NCBI RefSeq assembly: GCF_009557235.1
Contig: NZ_CP045650.1
Span: 1,980,001-2,012,000, forward strand
Direction: 5' to 3'
From: Acinetobacter wanghuae
GTDB taxonomy: Bacteria; Pseudomonadota; Gammaproteobacteria; Pseudomonadales; Moraxellaceae
DNA length: 32,000 bases
Part shown: positions 9,134 through 17,966 of the stretch, one piece after another
Layout of the letters: each line of letters opens with the position of its first letter
How positions within the stretch are numbered: position 1 is the stretch's first letter
Position numbers and translations under genes: made by a program
The notes under the pieces: generated by a model
Databases searched by the model: none
What the model saw: only the letters and a program-made list of their open reading frames with translations
What the model was told of the DNA's origin: nothing

Positions 9134-9673
9134 ATGGCAAGTTACGAACTCAATGCCTTTGATCGCCGTTTTCAAGCGATCTCTTTGGTCGGTGCAATCG
9201 AACAACAAGGTCCTTGTGGTTTAAATGTGGGCTTTTGGTTACGTGACCCGAACCAATATATGCTTTGGCCAGAGATGGTCAGCGAAAACCCACGTCAAGA
9301 TTTCTTATGGGAAAACACCTGTTTTGAGATCTTTATTGGGGTTCAGGGCGAAGATTATTATCGCGAGATAAATCTCTCCCCTTCTGAAGCATGGCAGGCT
9401 TATCAGTTCGAGGAATATCGCTATCCCGAAGTGATGCCGCCTGAAGTTGCGTATGATATTGACTTAAATCATCTCAAACGCACCCATTATGGCTTAAATG
9501 TCAGTTTAGACCTTGGGGTCTTTATGGCTGAACATAAGCTTAAATGGTCAGATATGTTCTTAGGCTTATCTGCGGTATTGAAAACCTCACAAGGTGATCA
9601 GTACTACGCCATGCAACACAGCAGCCCACAAGCAGACTTCCACAATAAACGTGATTGGCTGCATCTCTTCTAA
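9134..9673 (+). CDS. Conserved hypothetical protein (179 aa), possibly a DOMON-like / carbohydrate-binding-like fold
   Basis: The ORF starts 11 nt after the yhbY stop. The translation is soluble and aromatic-rich. A gene of similar size follows yhbY in pseudomonads, as far as I recall. The functional label is a weak recollection, not a demonstrated match. Confidence 0.55.
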   Translation: MASYELNAFDRRFQAISLVGAIEQQGPCGLNVGFWLRDPNQYMLWPEMVSENPRQDFLWENTCFEIFIGVQGEDYYREINLSPSEAWQAYQFEEYRYPEVMPPEVAYDIDLNHLKRTHYGLNVSLDLGVFMAEHKLKWSDMFLGLSAVLKTSQGDQYYAMQHSSPQADFHNKRDWLHLF

Positions 9674-9720
9674 AAAAATGTCGAGAGACCCCATACTCGG
9701 ATCATGTGAGCTAAATAATG

Positions 9721-9745
9721 AGTGAGGTACGTACCTCACTTTTTA
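9721..9745 (+). terminator. Rho-independent terminator
   Basis: The perfect palindrome AGTGAGGTAC/GTACCTCACT is followed by tttt(a)ttt. Confidence 0.8.
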
Positions 9746-9781
9746 TTTGCCTCAATTTTATGTTTACTCTATTTAATGTAC

Positions 9782-9815
9782 AAAAAAGGGAGAACAAGAT
9801 CTGCTCCCCTTTTTT
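9782..9815. terminator. Bidirectional terminator downstream of the minus-strand coiled-coil gene
   Basis: aaaaaaGGGAG..(12-nt loop containing AGATCT)..CTCCCCtttttt: a GC stem with A6 and T6 flanks. Confidence 0.65.
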
Positions 9816-9831
9816 GTGCTTTCTGATGAAG

Positions 9832-10320
9832 TTAACTTTTAAGATCTGTGCTTTTCTCAGCAGTATCACCTTTCACAACTGGATTGACCTTCTTCAGCAC
9901 CTCAATAGTACTTTCTTTAGAACGCTTAAACGTGTCCGTCAAATGCTCTTTATGCTTACTTGAGATCTGCGAGACATCTTCTTTCAGTTCTTTACCCAGT
10001 TTAGATAGATCTTCAACCACTGCGTTAAATTCAGTTTTGATAAAAGATTTCAACTCATTGAGATCTTTTTGCGAGCCTAACAATTGCTCTTTTAAACTAT
10101 CTAAACGTTGCAGTACATCTTGCTTGAATTGGCGCAATTGATCCTGTACTGTATCGTTAAGTTGCTTCGCTTCAGCTTCGAGCTTTTCTTTGCTCTCTTC
10201 AATGCTTTCTACTGCTTGTTCTTTCGCCTCTACTGCGGCTTTTTCAAGCTTTTCTGCAGTCTCTGTAACCACAGCATTCAGTGGTTTTTTAGGTGCTGTT
10301 GTTTTCGCTTCATTTGTCAT
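9832..10320 (-). CDS. Hydrophilic K/E-rich all-helical protein (162 aa from the MTNEAK start), phasin / apolipoprotein / LEA-like composition
   Basis: The ORF track extends to 10356, but the ATG at 10320 has an AGGAA Shine-Dalgarno about 8 nt upstream. The translation has no Cys or Trp and is dominated by E, K, Q, L, D and S in heptad-like spacing. Confidence 0.6.
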   Translation of the reverse strand: MTNEAKTTAPKKPLNAVVTETAEKLEKAAVEAKEQAVESIEESKEKLEAEAKQLNDTVQDQLRQFKQDVLQRLDSLKEQLLGSQKDLNELKSFIKTEFNAVVEDLSKLGKELKEDVSQISSKHKEHLTDTFKRSKESTIEVLKKVNPVVKGDTAEKSTDLKS

Positions 10321-10491
10321 GTGCTTATTCCTATAGTTATATTCTGACATAGCCATATTAGCGAATCTGATAAAAATTAACTTTTGATTTGTCTAACAAT
10401 TATTAAATGGTTACATTTTTCAACATTGATTAAGAAACAGACTTTTGATCAAAAAGCAAGGCATTTATCTTACAGTTTTGCTTCAAAGCCG

Positions 10492-10521
10492 TTGGACTTC
10501 AAAGGTCTTACTGCGTATAAT
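10492..10521 (+). promoter_or_regulatory. Candidate sigma70 promoter for carAB
   Basis: TTGGAC (10492-10497), an 18-nt spacer, and TATAAT (10516-10521). It lies about 100 nt upstream of the carA start. Confidence 0.5.
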
Positions 10522-10535
10522 ACCGTGTTAAGTTC

Positions 10536-10603
10536 AAGCGAGCAGACATAGGAGGGTTGGTTAAAAAAATAGCCTTCCTTTTTTTTCGTCTTCTCGCTTT
10601 TTT
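10536..10603 (+). promoter_or_regulatory. Nested terminator-like stem-loop in the carA 5' leader (candidate transcription attenuator)
   Basis: The outer stem AAGCGAGCAGAC (10536-10547) pairs with GTCTTCTCGCTT (10588-10599) at 11 of 12 positions and is followed by a T-run to 10603. The inner stem AGGAGGG (10550-10556) pairs with CCTTCCT (10573-10579), with one G-U, and is followed by T7. The structure ends 27 nt before the carA TTG. Confidence 0.45.
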
Positions 10604-10629
10604 ACAGCCTAAATTTCAGGAGCTTTGGT

Positions 10630-11772
10630 TTGAGCACCCCAGCAATTTTAGCCCTTGCCGACGGAACTATCTTTAAAGGTATTTCGATTGGCGCAACGGG
10701 TAGTACAACTGGCGAAGTCGTTTTCAACACTGCCATGACTGGCTATCAAGAAATTTTGACTGATCCAAGTTATGCACAGCAACTTGTGACTTTAACTTAC
10801 CCGCATATTGGTAATACAGGTTGCAATGAAGAAGACGCTGAGTCAGGTCGTATCCATAAAGTATGGGCGAACGGTTTAATTATCCGCGACCTTCCTTTAT
10901 TACATAGTAACTTCCGCGCTGAACAGTCACTTGGTGATTACTTAAAACAGCACAATGTGGTTGCAATTGCTGATATTGACACGCGACGACTCACTCGAAT
11001 TTTGCGTGACAAAGGGGCACAAAACGGTTGTATTCTTGCGGGTGAAAATATCACTGAAGCAGAAGCACTCGAAAAAGCACGTGCCTTCGGTGGTTTAAAC
11101 GGTTTAGACCTTGCCAAAGAATGCTGCGATCCGACCGGTTTTGAATGGACGACCGGTTCATGGACTTTAGGCAAAGGCTTCGCTCAACCAGAATTTAAAT
11201 TCCATGTTGTTGCATACGATTACGGTGTCAAAACCAACATCTTACGTATGCTCGCAGACCGCGGTTGTAAATTGACTGTCGTGCCTGCGCAAACTCCTGC
11301 TGCTGACGTGCTTGCATTGAATCCAGATGGCGTGTTCTTATCGAACGGCCCCGGCGATCCAGCTGCATGTGACTACGCAATTGAAGCTGTAAAAACGATT
11401 GTAGAAGACGCTCGCAACGTACCAGTCTTTGGTATTTGCTTAGGTCACCAAATTCTTGCCTTAGCTTCTGGCGCTAAAACCGTGAAAATGCCGCATGGTC
11501 ACCACGGTGCCAACCATCCTGTGCAGAATATTGAAACTGGCACAGTGATGATTACTTCGCAAAACCATGGCTTCGCAGTGGATGCTGAAACGCTTCCTGC
11601 TAATCTGAAAGCAACGCACAAATCTTTGTTCGATCAAACCCTGCAAGGGATTCATCGTACAGACAAACCTGCGTTCAGCTTCCAAGGTCACCCTGAAGCA
11701 AGCCCTGGTCCACATGACTGCGCACCATTGTTCGATCATTTCATCGAACTTATTGAAGCATCTAAGAAGTAA
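10630..11772 (+). CDS. carA: Carbamoyl-phosphate synthase small (glutaminase) subunit
   Basis: 380 aa with the GATase triad region (GICLGHQ, ..HGxNHPV..) and a CPSase small-chain N-domain. It has a TTG start with a CAGGAG Shine-Dalgarno upstream. Confidence 0.97.
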   Translation: MSTPAILALADGTIFKGISIGATGSTTGEVVFNTAMTGYQEILTDPSYAQQLVTLTYPHIGNTGCNEEDAESGRIHKVWANGLIIRDLPLLHSNFRAEQSLGDYLKQHNVVAIADIDTRRLTRILRDKGAQNGCILAGENITEAEALEKARAFGGLNGLDLAKECCDPTGFEWTTGSWTLGKGFAQPEFKFHVVAYDYGVKTNILRMLADRGCKLTVVPAQTPAADVLALNPDGVFLSNGPGDPAACDYAIEAVKTIVEDARNVPVFGICLGHQILALASGAKTVKMPHGHHGANHPVQNIETGTVMITSQNHGFAVDAETLPANLKATHKSLFDQTLQGIHRTDKPAFSFQGHPEASPGPHDCAPLFDHFIELIEASKK

Positions 11773-11785
11773 TTAAGGAGCAATC

Positions 11786-14700
11786 ATGGCTAAACGTACA
11801 GACATTAAAAGCATCTTAATTATTGGTGCTGGTCCAATTGTGATTGGTCAAGCGTGTGAGTTTGACTATTCAGGCGCGCAAGCGTGTAAAGCCCTTCGTG
11901 AAGAAGGCTACCGCGTTATTTTGGTGAACTCGAACCCTGCCACCATTATGACTGACCCTGCAATGGCAGACGCAACGTATATCGAACCGATTACGTGGCA
12001 AACGGTTGCACAAATTATTGAGAAAGAACGCCCAGATGCTGTTCTTCCAACGATGGGTGGTCAAACTGCATTGAACTGTGCCCTTGCCCTTGATGAGCAC
12101 GGCATTTTAGAAAAATTCAATGTTGAATTGATTGGTGCGACGAAAGAAGCCATTGAAATGGCAGAAGACCGTAAATTATTCGATGATGCAATGCGTCGTA
12201 TCGGTCTTGAATGTCCACGTGCTGCTGTTGCAAGCACGATGGAAGAAGCGTTTGAAATCCAAGCGAAATTGGGTTTCCCTTCAATCATTCGTCCATCATT
12301 CACCATGGGTGGTTCAGGCGGTGGTATTGCCTATAACCGCGAAGAGTTCATTGAAATTTGTGAACGTGGTTTCGATCTTTCTCCGACGCATCAGCTGCTT
12401 ATTGATGAATCATTGATTGGTTGGAAAGAATACGAGATGGAAGTTGTTCGTGACAAAAACGACAACTGTATCATTGTATGTACCATTGAAAACTTTGACC
12501 CAATGGGCGTGCATACAGGTGACTCCATCACGGTTGCCCCTGCACAAACATTAACAGATAAAGAATTCCAACTTTTACGTAACGCATCTTTAGCTGTTTT
12601 ACGTGAAATTGGTGTAGAAACAGGTGGTTCAAACGTTCAGTTCGGTATTAACCCGAAAGACGGCCGTATGGTTGTTATTGAAATGAACCCACGTGTGTCT
12701 CGTTCTTCTGCGTTGGCGTCAAAAGCGACTGGTTTCCCAATTGCGAAAATCGCTGCGAAATTGGCAGTTGGTTATACCCTTGATGAGTTGAAAAATGACA
12801 TCACAGGCGGCGTAACCCCTGCATCGTTCGAACCTGCAATTGACTATGTTGTCACAAAAATTCCTCGCTTTAACTTCGAGAAATTCCCACAAGCAGACGC
12901 AGTATTGACCACACAGATGAAATCTGTGGGTGAAGTCATGGCAATTGGTCGTAACTTCCAAGAGTCTATGCAAAAAGCGCTTCGTGGTCTTGAAGTGGGT
13001 GCATGTGGCTTTGATGAAAAAATCGAAGTCGGTACTGAAGGCGCGAAAGACAAGATCTTACAAGAACTTAAAGTACCGGGTCCTGAGCGTATTTGGTATG
13101 TGGGCGATGCATTCCGTCACGGTTTCACGTTAGATGAAGTCTTCGCTGCAACCAACATCGACAAATGGTTCTTGATTCAAATCGAAGACATCATCAAAAC
13201 TGAAAACCAAATCAAAACTTTAGGTTTTGGCGATTTGAATGCGGACAACATCCGTTCATTCAAACGTAAAGGTTTATCAGATCTTCGCATTGCGAACTTG
13301 ATGGGCATTTCACAAAAACAATTCCGTAAACACCGTTGGAACTTGGGCGTGACCCCTGTTTACAAACGTGTCGATACTTGTGCAGCTGAATTCGAATCTG
13401 ATACAGCATACATGTATTCAACTTACGATGAAGAATGTGAAGCAAACCCGTCGAATCGTGACAAGATTATGGTCATCGGTGGCGGTCCTAACCGTATTGG
13501 TCAAGGTATCGAATTCGATTACTGCTGTGTACACGCAGCGCTTGCAATGCGTGAAGATGGTTATGAAACCATCATGGTGAACTGTAACCCTGAAACGGTG
13601 TCCACAGATTACGACACATCAGATCGTTTGTACTTCGAACCAATCACATTGGAAGACGTACTTGAAATCGTACGTATCGAGAAGCCAAAAGGCATTATCG
13701 TTCAGTACGGTGGTCAAACACCTTTGAAATTGGCTCGCGCTTTAGAAGAAGCAGGTGCGCCAATTATCGGTACATCACCTGATGCGATTGACCGTGCAGA
13801 AGACCGTGAACGTTTCCAACAAATGATTCAACGTCTGCAACTTCGCCAGCCAAGCAACAGCATTGTTAAATCTGCTGAAGAAGGTATTGCCGAAGCATCG
13901 AAAGTGGGCTATCCACTTGTGGTACGTCCATCTTACGTCCTTGGTGGTCGTGCGATGGAAATCGTGTACAACGATGACGAATTGAAACGCTACCTACGTG
14001 ATGCAGTTCAAGCATCAAACGAAGCCCCTGTTCTGCTTGACCATTTCTTAGATGATGCGATTGAAGTAGACGTGGACTGCGTATCTGACGGTAAAGACGT
14101 GGTGATTGGCGGCATTATGCAGCACATTGAACAAGCCGGTATTCACTCAGGTGACTCTGCATGTTCAATTCCACCGTACTCTTTATCTAAAGACGTTCAA
14201 GACGAAATGCGTCGTCAAACAGTTGCAATGGCGAAAGAGCTTGGCGTGATTGGTTTGATGAACGTTCAGTTTGCAGTAAAAGGCACTGACGTTTACATTC
14301 TTGAAGTGAACCCACGTGCATCACGTACTGTGCCGTTCGTTTCTAAATGTATCGGTGAATCGTTAGCGAAAGTGGCTGCACGTTGTATGGCGGGTCAATC
14401 TCTAGAATCTCAAGGATTCACGACAGAGATTATTCCAAAACACTTCTCTGTGAAAGAAGCAGTGTTCCCATTCAACAAATTCCCTGGCGTTGACCCAATC
14501 CTTGGCCCTGAAATGAAATCGACAGGCGAAGTGATGGGCGTTGGTAAAACATTTGGTGAAGCATTCTATAAAGCTGTTTTAGGCTCAAATGATCGTTTAC
14601 CTGGTCTACCAACTGAAGGCGAAGTGAAACACGCATTCTTATCTGTTCGTCATTCTGATAAGCCACGTGCAGTCGGTATTGCGAAACAGTTAACGGATCT

Positions 14701-15016
14701 TGGCTTCAAAGTGATCGCCACAGGCGGTACCTATGATGTGATCCGCGATGCTGGTATTGCATGTGAACGTGTGAACAAAGTCACAGAAGGTCGTCCTAAT
14801 ATTGTGGACCGCTTGAAAAATGGTGAAGTTCAGCTCATTATCAATACAACAGAAGGCAAACAGGCTCAAGAAGATTCATTCTCGATCCGCCGTTCTGCAC
14901 TTCAAGGCAAAGTGTATTACACCACAACCTTGAATGGCGCAGACGCAGTATGCCAAGCTTTAGCAATCAAATTACCAATGGATGTATATCGCTTGCAAGA
15001 TTTAACTAAAGGTTAA
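11786..15016 (+). CDS. carB: Carbamoyl-phosphate synthase large subunit
   Basis: 1076 aa with duplicated ATP-grasp halves, an oligomerisation domain and a C-terminal MGS-like domain. The AAGGAG Shine-Dalgarno precedes a start 13 nt after the carA stop. Confidence 0.98.
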   Translation: MAKRTDIKSILIIGAGPIVIGQACEFDYSGAQACKALREEGYRVILVNSNPATIMTDPAMADATYIEPITWQTVAQIIEKERPDAVLPTMGGQTALNCALALDEHGILEKFNVELIGATKEAIEMAEDRKLFDDAMRRIGLECPRAAVASTMEEAFEIQAKLGFPSIIRPSFTMGGSGGGIAYNREEFIEICERGFDLSPTHQLLIDESLIGWKEYEMEVVRDKNDNCIIVCTIENFDPMGVHTGDSITVAPAQTLTDKEFQLLRNASLAVLREIGVETGGSNVQFGINPKDGRMVVIEMNPRVSRSSALASKATGFPIAKIAAKLAVGYTLDELKNDITGGVTPASFEPAIDYVVTKIPRFNFEKFPQADAVLTTQMKSVGEVMAIGRNFQESMQKALRGLEVGACGFDEKIEVGTEGAKDKILQELKVPGPERIWYVGDAFRHGFTLDEVFAATNIDKWFLIQIEDIIKTENQIKTLGFGDLNADNIRSFKRKGLSDLRIANLMGISQKQFRKHRWNLGVTPVYKRVDTCAAEFESDTAYMYSTYDEECEANPSNRDKIMVIGGGPNRIGQGIEFDYCCVHAALAMREDGYETIMVNCNPETVSTDYDTSDRLYFEPITLEDVLEIVRIEKPKGIIVQYGGQTPLKLARALEEAGAPIIGTSPDAIDRAEDRERFQQMIQRLQLRQPSNSIVKSAEEGIAEASKVGYPLVVRPSYVLGGRAMEIVYNDDELKRYLRDAVQASNEAPVLLDHFLDDAIEVDVDCVSDGKDVVIGGIMQHIEQAGIHSGDSACSIPPYSLSKDVQDEMRRQTVAMAKELGVIGLMNVQFAVKGTDVYILEVNPRASRTVPFVSKCIGESLAKVAARCMAGQSLESQGFTTEIIPKHFSVKEAVFPFNKFPGVDPILGPEMKSTGEVMGVGKTFGEAFYKAVLGSNDRLPGLPTEGEVKHAFLSVRHSDKPRAVGIAKQLTDLGFKVIATGGTYDVIRDAGIACERVNKVTEGRPNIVDRLKNGEVQLIINTTEGKQAQEDSFSIRRSALQGKVYYTTTLNGADAVCQALAIKLPMDVYRLQDLTKG

Positions 15017-15032
15017 TTCAGCTTCCAAGAAG

Positions 15033-15065
15033 TCCCGCTACCTTCTTGGTGGCGGGATTTTTTTA
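15033..15065 (+). terminator. Rho-independent terminator after carB
   Basis: TCCCGCTACCttcttGGTGGCGGGA (a 10-bp stem with one G-U) followed by T8. Confidence 0.85.
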
Positions 15066-15105
15066 TTTATAGATTTTATTTTTTAACTGACTTTAGAGGG
15101 ACAAC

Positions 15106-15582
15106 ATGCAACGTTATCCTATGACTCCTGAAGGCAAAATTGCCTTAGAGAAAGAATTGCATCAACTTAAAACTATTGATCGTCCACGTATTACCGCTGC
15201 AATTGCTGAAGCACGTGAACACGGCGACTTAAAAGAAAATGCAGAATACCATGCAGCTCGCGAGCAACAAGGTTTCTGTGAAGGTCGTCTACAAGACATC
15301 GAAGGTAAGCTTGGTGCTTGCCAAGTGATTGATGTCAAAACACTTGAGCAAAACGGTCGTGTTGTATTCGGTGTAACTGTGACCATTGAAAACTTAGACA
15401 CTGAAGAACAAAAGACCTATAAAATCGTAGGCGATGACGAAGCAGATTTTAAAATTAATAAAATCTCGGTGAACTCTCCAATCGCACGTGGTCTTTTGGG
15501 CAAAAGTGAAGGCGATGATGCGAAAATCACTACACCAAATGGTGAAGTTGAGTACGAAATTGTGAAAGTTGAATATCTTTAA
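15106..15582 (+). CDS. greA: Transcription elongation factor GreA
   Basis: 158 aa with the acidic tip of the coiled-coil finger (..[19 protein letters not shown]..) and a C-terminal FKBP-like domain. Confidence 0.96.
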   Translation: MQRYPMTPEGKIALEKELHQLKTIDRPRITAAIAEAREHGDLKENAEYHAAREQQGFCEGRLQDIEGKLGACQVIDVKTLEQNGRVVFGVTVTIENLDTEEQKTYKIVGDDEADFKINKISVNSPIARGLLGKSEGDDAKITTPNGEVEYEIVKVEYL

Positions 15583-15606
15583 TTTTTAAAGTTATTGAAT
15601 GCACAG

Positions 15607-15628
15607 CCCCTCTTTTGAGGGGTTTTTT
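15607..15628 (+). terminator. Rho-independent terminator after greA
   Basis: CCCCTCttttGAGGGG followed by T6. Confidence 0.85.
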
Positions 15629-15640
15629 GTTCTTAAATAC

Positions 15641-15784
15641 ACCTCTCCCTACCCCTCTCCTATAAGGAGAGGGAACTTCTTTGTGTATCGAATAGCAATA
15701 GCTTCCTTAATGAATACTCCTTCTCACTCTGGGAGAAGGCTGGGATGAGGGAATTTATCTTTTCAGCTATAATCCCCTCACCCC
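15641..15784. repeat. Cluster of three REP-like polypyrimidine/polypurine hairpins
   Basis: The three hairpins are CCCTCTCC-tataa-GGAGAGGG (15653-15673), CCTTCTC-actctgg-GAGAAGG (15719-15739), and GGGaTGAGGG..23 nt..CCCTCAcCCC (15742-15784). The first is preceded by a direct near-repeat, CCTCTCCCT / CCCCTCTCC. Confidence 0.6.
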
Positions 15785-15801
15785 ATCAATTCCTTTTTCT
15801 T

Positions 15802-16425
15802 ATGTCCGAGAAGCTTATCAACTCCCCCGTCAATCATTGGTGTGAGTTCGAATTTATTTCCAAAACCGTGAAGAATCCAAATATTCATATTAAAGGAAAT
15901 TATTCTTATTATTCGGCCTATTGGGATCAGGGCTTTGAGCGCTGTGTGGTGCGTTATTTACATGATAAACCCTCAACAGTAGATAAACCTATTGATCAGC
16001 TTTATATCGGTAATTTCGTCTGTTTTGGCGCAGAATGCGTGATTATGATGGGCAGCAATCAACTGCATCGCACCGACTGGATTTCCGCCTTTCCTTTCGA
16101 TATGCGCGGTTTCGAGCTTGCGGGAGACACCATCATTGGCGATGGTTGTTGGATTGGCTCACGTGCCATGATTATGCCGGGTATAACGCTAGGTGAAGGG
16201 GCTGTGGTCGCTACAGGCGCTGTGGTCACTCAAGATGTACCACCTTATGCTGTGGTGGGTGGTGTCCCTGCCAAAATCATTAAATCTCGTTTTTCTAATG
16301 AAGATATAAAAAAACTGCTTTCTCTTAAGCTTTATGAGCTAGATGAAAAGCAGTTTTTAAAAATGCGTGAATATTTGCAGACGGATGATGTTGAAAAACT
16401 AGCTAAATTTATCAACTCAATTTAG
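15802..16425 (+). CDS. Xenobiotic (XAT-class) hexapeptide-repeat O-acetyltransferase, Vat / CatB-like
   Basis: Left-handed beta-helix repeats (IGDGCWIGSRAMIMPGITLGEGAVVATGAVVTQDVPPYAVVGGVPAKIIK). The NQLHRTDWISAFPF segment matches the catalytic-His region of Vat/CatB enzymes. I start the CDS at the ATG at 15802 (MSEKLINSP); the track's 15745 start reads through the REP hairpins. Confidence 0.8.
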   Translation: MSEKLINSPVNHWCEFEFISKTVKNPNIHIKGNYSYYSAYWDQGFERCVVRYLHDKPSTVDKPIDQLYIGNFVCFGAECVIMMGSNQLHRTDWISAFPFDMRGFELAGDTIIGDGCWIGSRAMIMPGITLGEGAVVATGAVVTQDVPPYAVVGGVPAKIIKSRFSNEDIKKLLSLKLYELDEKQFLKMREYLQTDDVEKLAKFINSI

Positions 16426-17873
16426 TATGCAAAACCAGATTCAATATATTGTCTACACTTCAAATCAAACTGATTCGATTGATGCAACGTATTTAAAGAA
16501 TATTGTTTCAATAGATGTAATAGCTCTTCATCCCTATGCATTAATGCAGGACTACTTATAAATGAGTCTTTTATATCTATTTTTTTCTTAATATGATCAA
16601 TAAAATGTACTATTGAATATTCTGTGCTAAATAATTCATTCCAAATATTCAACATAAGGTTAGACCTAGTATACCTATCTGTCTCGTACCAAGTTTCTGT
16701 AAAAACACTATGCCTAATCCTTATCATTAAATCTGTATAATTATGAATCGCATGATAAATGCTTTTAAATAAATCATCAGAATCTTTAAAGAATAAAGTA
16801 GCTAAAATGATTGAATCTTTCTTATGTTCATTCAATTTTATTAATGAAAACTGATTTATTTTATTTTTTAACTCGCGTTTAGAAAAACGAGTCTCTTGAA
16901 TGTAAGCACGACACTCATGATAAAGATTATTTTTTTCTAAGTCCTCTTCCTTATGCCCCAATATTTTTATAAACAAATCTTTAGTAGCTTTTTCAAAATA
17001 ATCAGGCTCATTTAATGTATTTTTGAGCTTAATTGTAAAGTCCACAAACTTATCTAGATACTCTTCACCGAATGTTTCGTCATAGCCATAATTGTGGCAA
17101 ACAACTTTAGAAAATTGAGTTTTATCCATAACCAATACAAATACAATTTTCGGAATATCAAAAAAGTGTTTAATCCTTTCAATCAGTCGAATCGCAAAAT
17201 CAGGACGACAGCGGTCTAACTCATCAATTATAAAAACTAAAGGCTCATCTAAACTTGCAGCCAACTCAGTCAATGTATTTTTGAAAGCATGTAAAGATTG
17301 TTTTTCCTCTTCATAACTATCGATTTTATTTTGAATTGCCTCTGTAACTTTTTCACCAATATTATTTGCTACATCATCTATAGCATCATCAATTTTATCT
17401 TTAATTGATTCACTATCCACTTTTATAAAAGGAATTATTCCTCCAGTTAATGCACAACTAATCATTGATGCGATCAGCGTTGGAGCGATTGTTAAAAGCC
17501 CTTGCTGCATAACTGCAGCAGCTTTCTTGAATTTATGTACTAAATGCTTATCAGCAGTTTTATCTAGTTTCGCTGCAATTTCAGAAGCTATAACAAGAAA
17601 TGGATCATCTAAATAATCATTTGCAAAAGCATCTAAATAAATCACATTATGTGGAATCTCTGTGGTTTCTAAATGACGTTTCCAGTTTCGAACAAACCAA
17701 GTCTTTCCCTCGCCCCAACGTGCATCTAATGCCAATACAGCACCACATTGCAAACGATCCACATATTTCTCTAACTGCTCACCTAAGCGACGGCGATCCC
17801 ACAAATCACCCTCCCAAGCAGTTTCAATATTCTCAAAATTATCTTTTTGCCAATTTAGTTGATTTGTTGTCAT
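16422..17873 (-). CDS. KAP-family P-loop NTPase with hydrophobic insert (Tmn-like candidate defence NTPase)
   Basis: 483 aa. The Walker A is in the KAP form, ALDARWGEGKTWF (aa 48-60). A hydrophobic stretch of about 26 aa, GLLTIAPTLIASMISCALTGGIIPFI (aa 125-150), is inserted between Walker A and Walker B, LVFIIDELDRCRP (aa 212-224). The gene is very AT-rich. Confidence 0.8.
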   Translation of the reverse strand: MTTNQLNWQKDNFENIETAWEGDLWDRRRLGEQLEKYVDRLQCGAVLALDARWGEGKTWFVRNWKRHLETTEIPHNVIYLDAFANDYLDDPFLVIASEIAAKLDKTADKHLVHKFKKAAAVMQQGLLTIAPTLIASMISCALTGGIIPFIKVDSESIKDKIDDAIDDVANNIGEKVTEAIQNKIDSYEEEKQSLHAFKNTLTELAASLDEPLVFIIDELDRCRPDFAIRLIERIKHFFDIPKIVFVLVMDKTQFSKVVCHNYGYDETFGEEYLDKFVDFTIKLKNTLNEPDYFEKATKDLFIKILGHKEEDLEKNNLYHECRAYIQETRFSKRELKNKINQFSLIKLNEHKKDSIILATLFFKDSDDLFKSIYHAIHNYTDLMIRIRHSVFTETWYETDRYTRSNLMLNIWNELFSTEYSIVHFIDHIKKKIDIKDSFISSPALMHRDEELLHLLKQYSLNTLHQSNQFDLKCRQYIESGFAY

Positions 17874-17934
17874 TGTTATTAAAATTCAGTTGCTTATTTC
17901 CAACCCATATTATCATTTTAATTTCCACAAGCAT

Positions 17935-17966
17935 AAAAAAACCCACTCAATCGGAGTGGGTTTTTT
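17935..17966 (-). terminator. Terminator downstream of tRNA-Met (bidirectional shape)
   Basis: aaaaaaaCCCACTCaatcgGAGTGGGtttttt lies 8 nt beyond the tRNA 3' end. Confidence 0.85.

Noticed and set aside
9718-9963. 81-aa plus-strand ORF across the 9.7-9.96 kb region
   Set aside because: It reads through two terminator hairpins and runs antisense into the coiled-coil gene, and its hydrophobic translation looks like nonsense.
10557-10670. Possible leader peptide (TTG at 10557, reading [15 protein letters not shown]..) in the carA leader
   Set aside because: The only Shine-Dalgarno (AGGAGG, 10550-10555) is about 1 nt from the TTG, which is too close for initiation. The frame also runs out of phase into carA. 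It is kept only as a remote possibility under the attenuator finding.
11870-14666. Antisense and alternative-frame ORFs inside carB (for example 11870..12100, 12061..12306, 12132..12416, 12719..12973, 13260..13445, 14472..14666); similar ones occur inside carA, greA, dnaG, hemA, prs, the pgeF/rluD region and the TPR gene
   Set aside because: They are shadow ORFs of long, highly conserved genes, and none has independent support.
15745-15801. N-terminal extension of the acetyltransferase ORF (MREFIFSAIIPSPHQFLFL)
   Set aside because: It is encoded by the REP-like hairpin sequence. Homologous XAT enzymes start near the MSEKL.. position.
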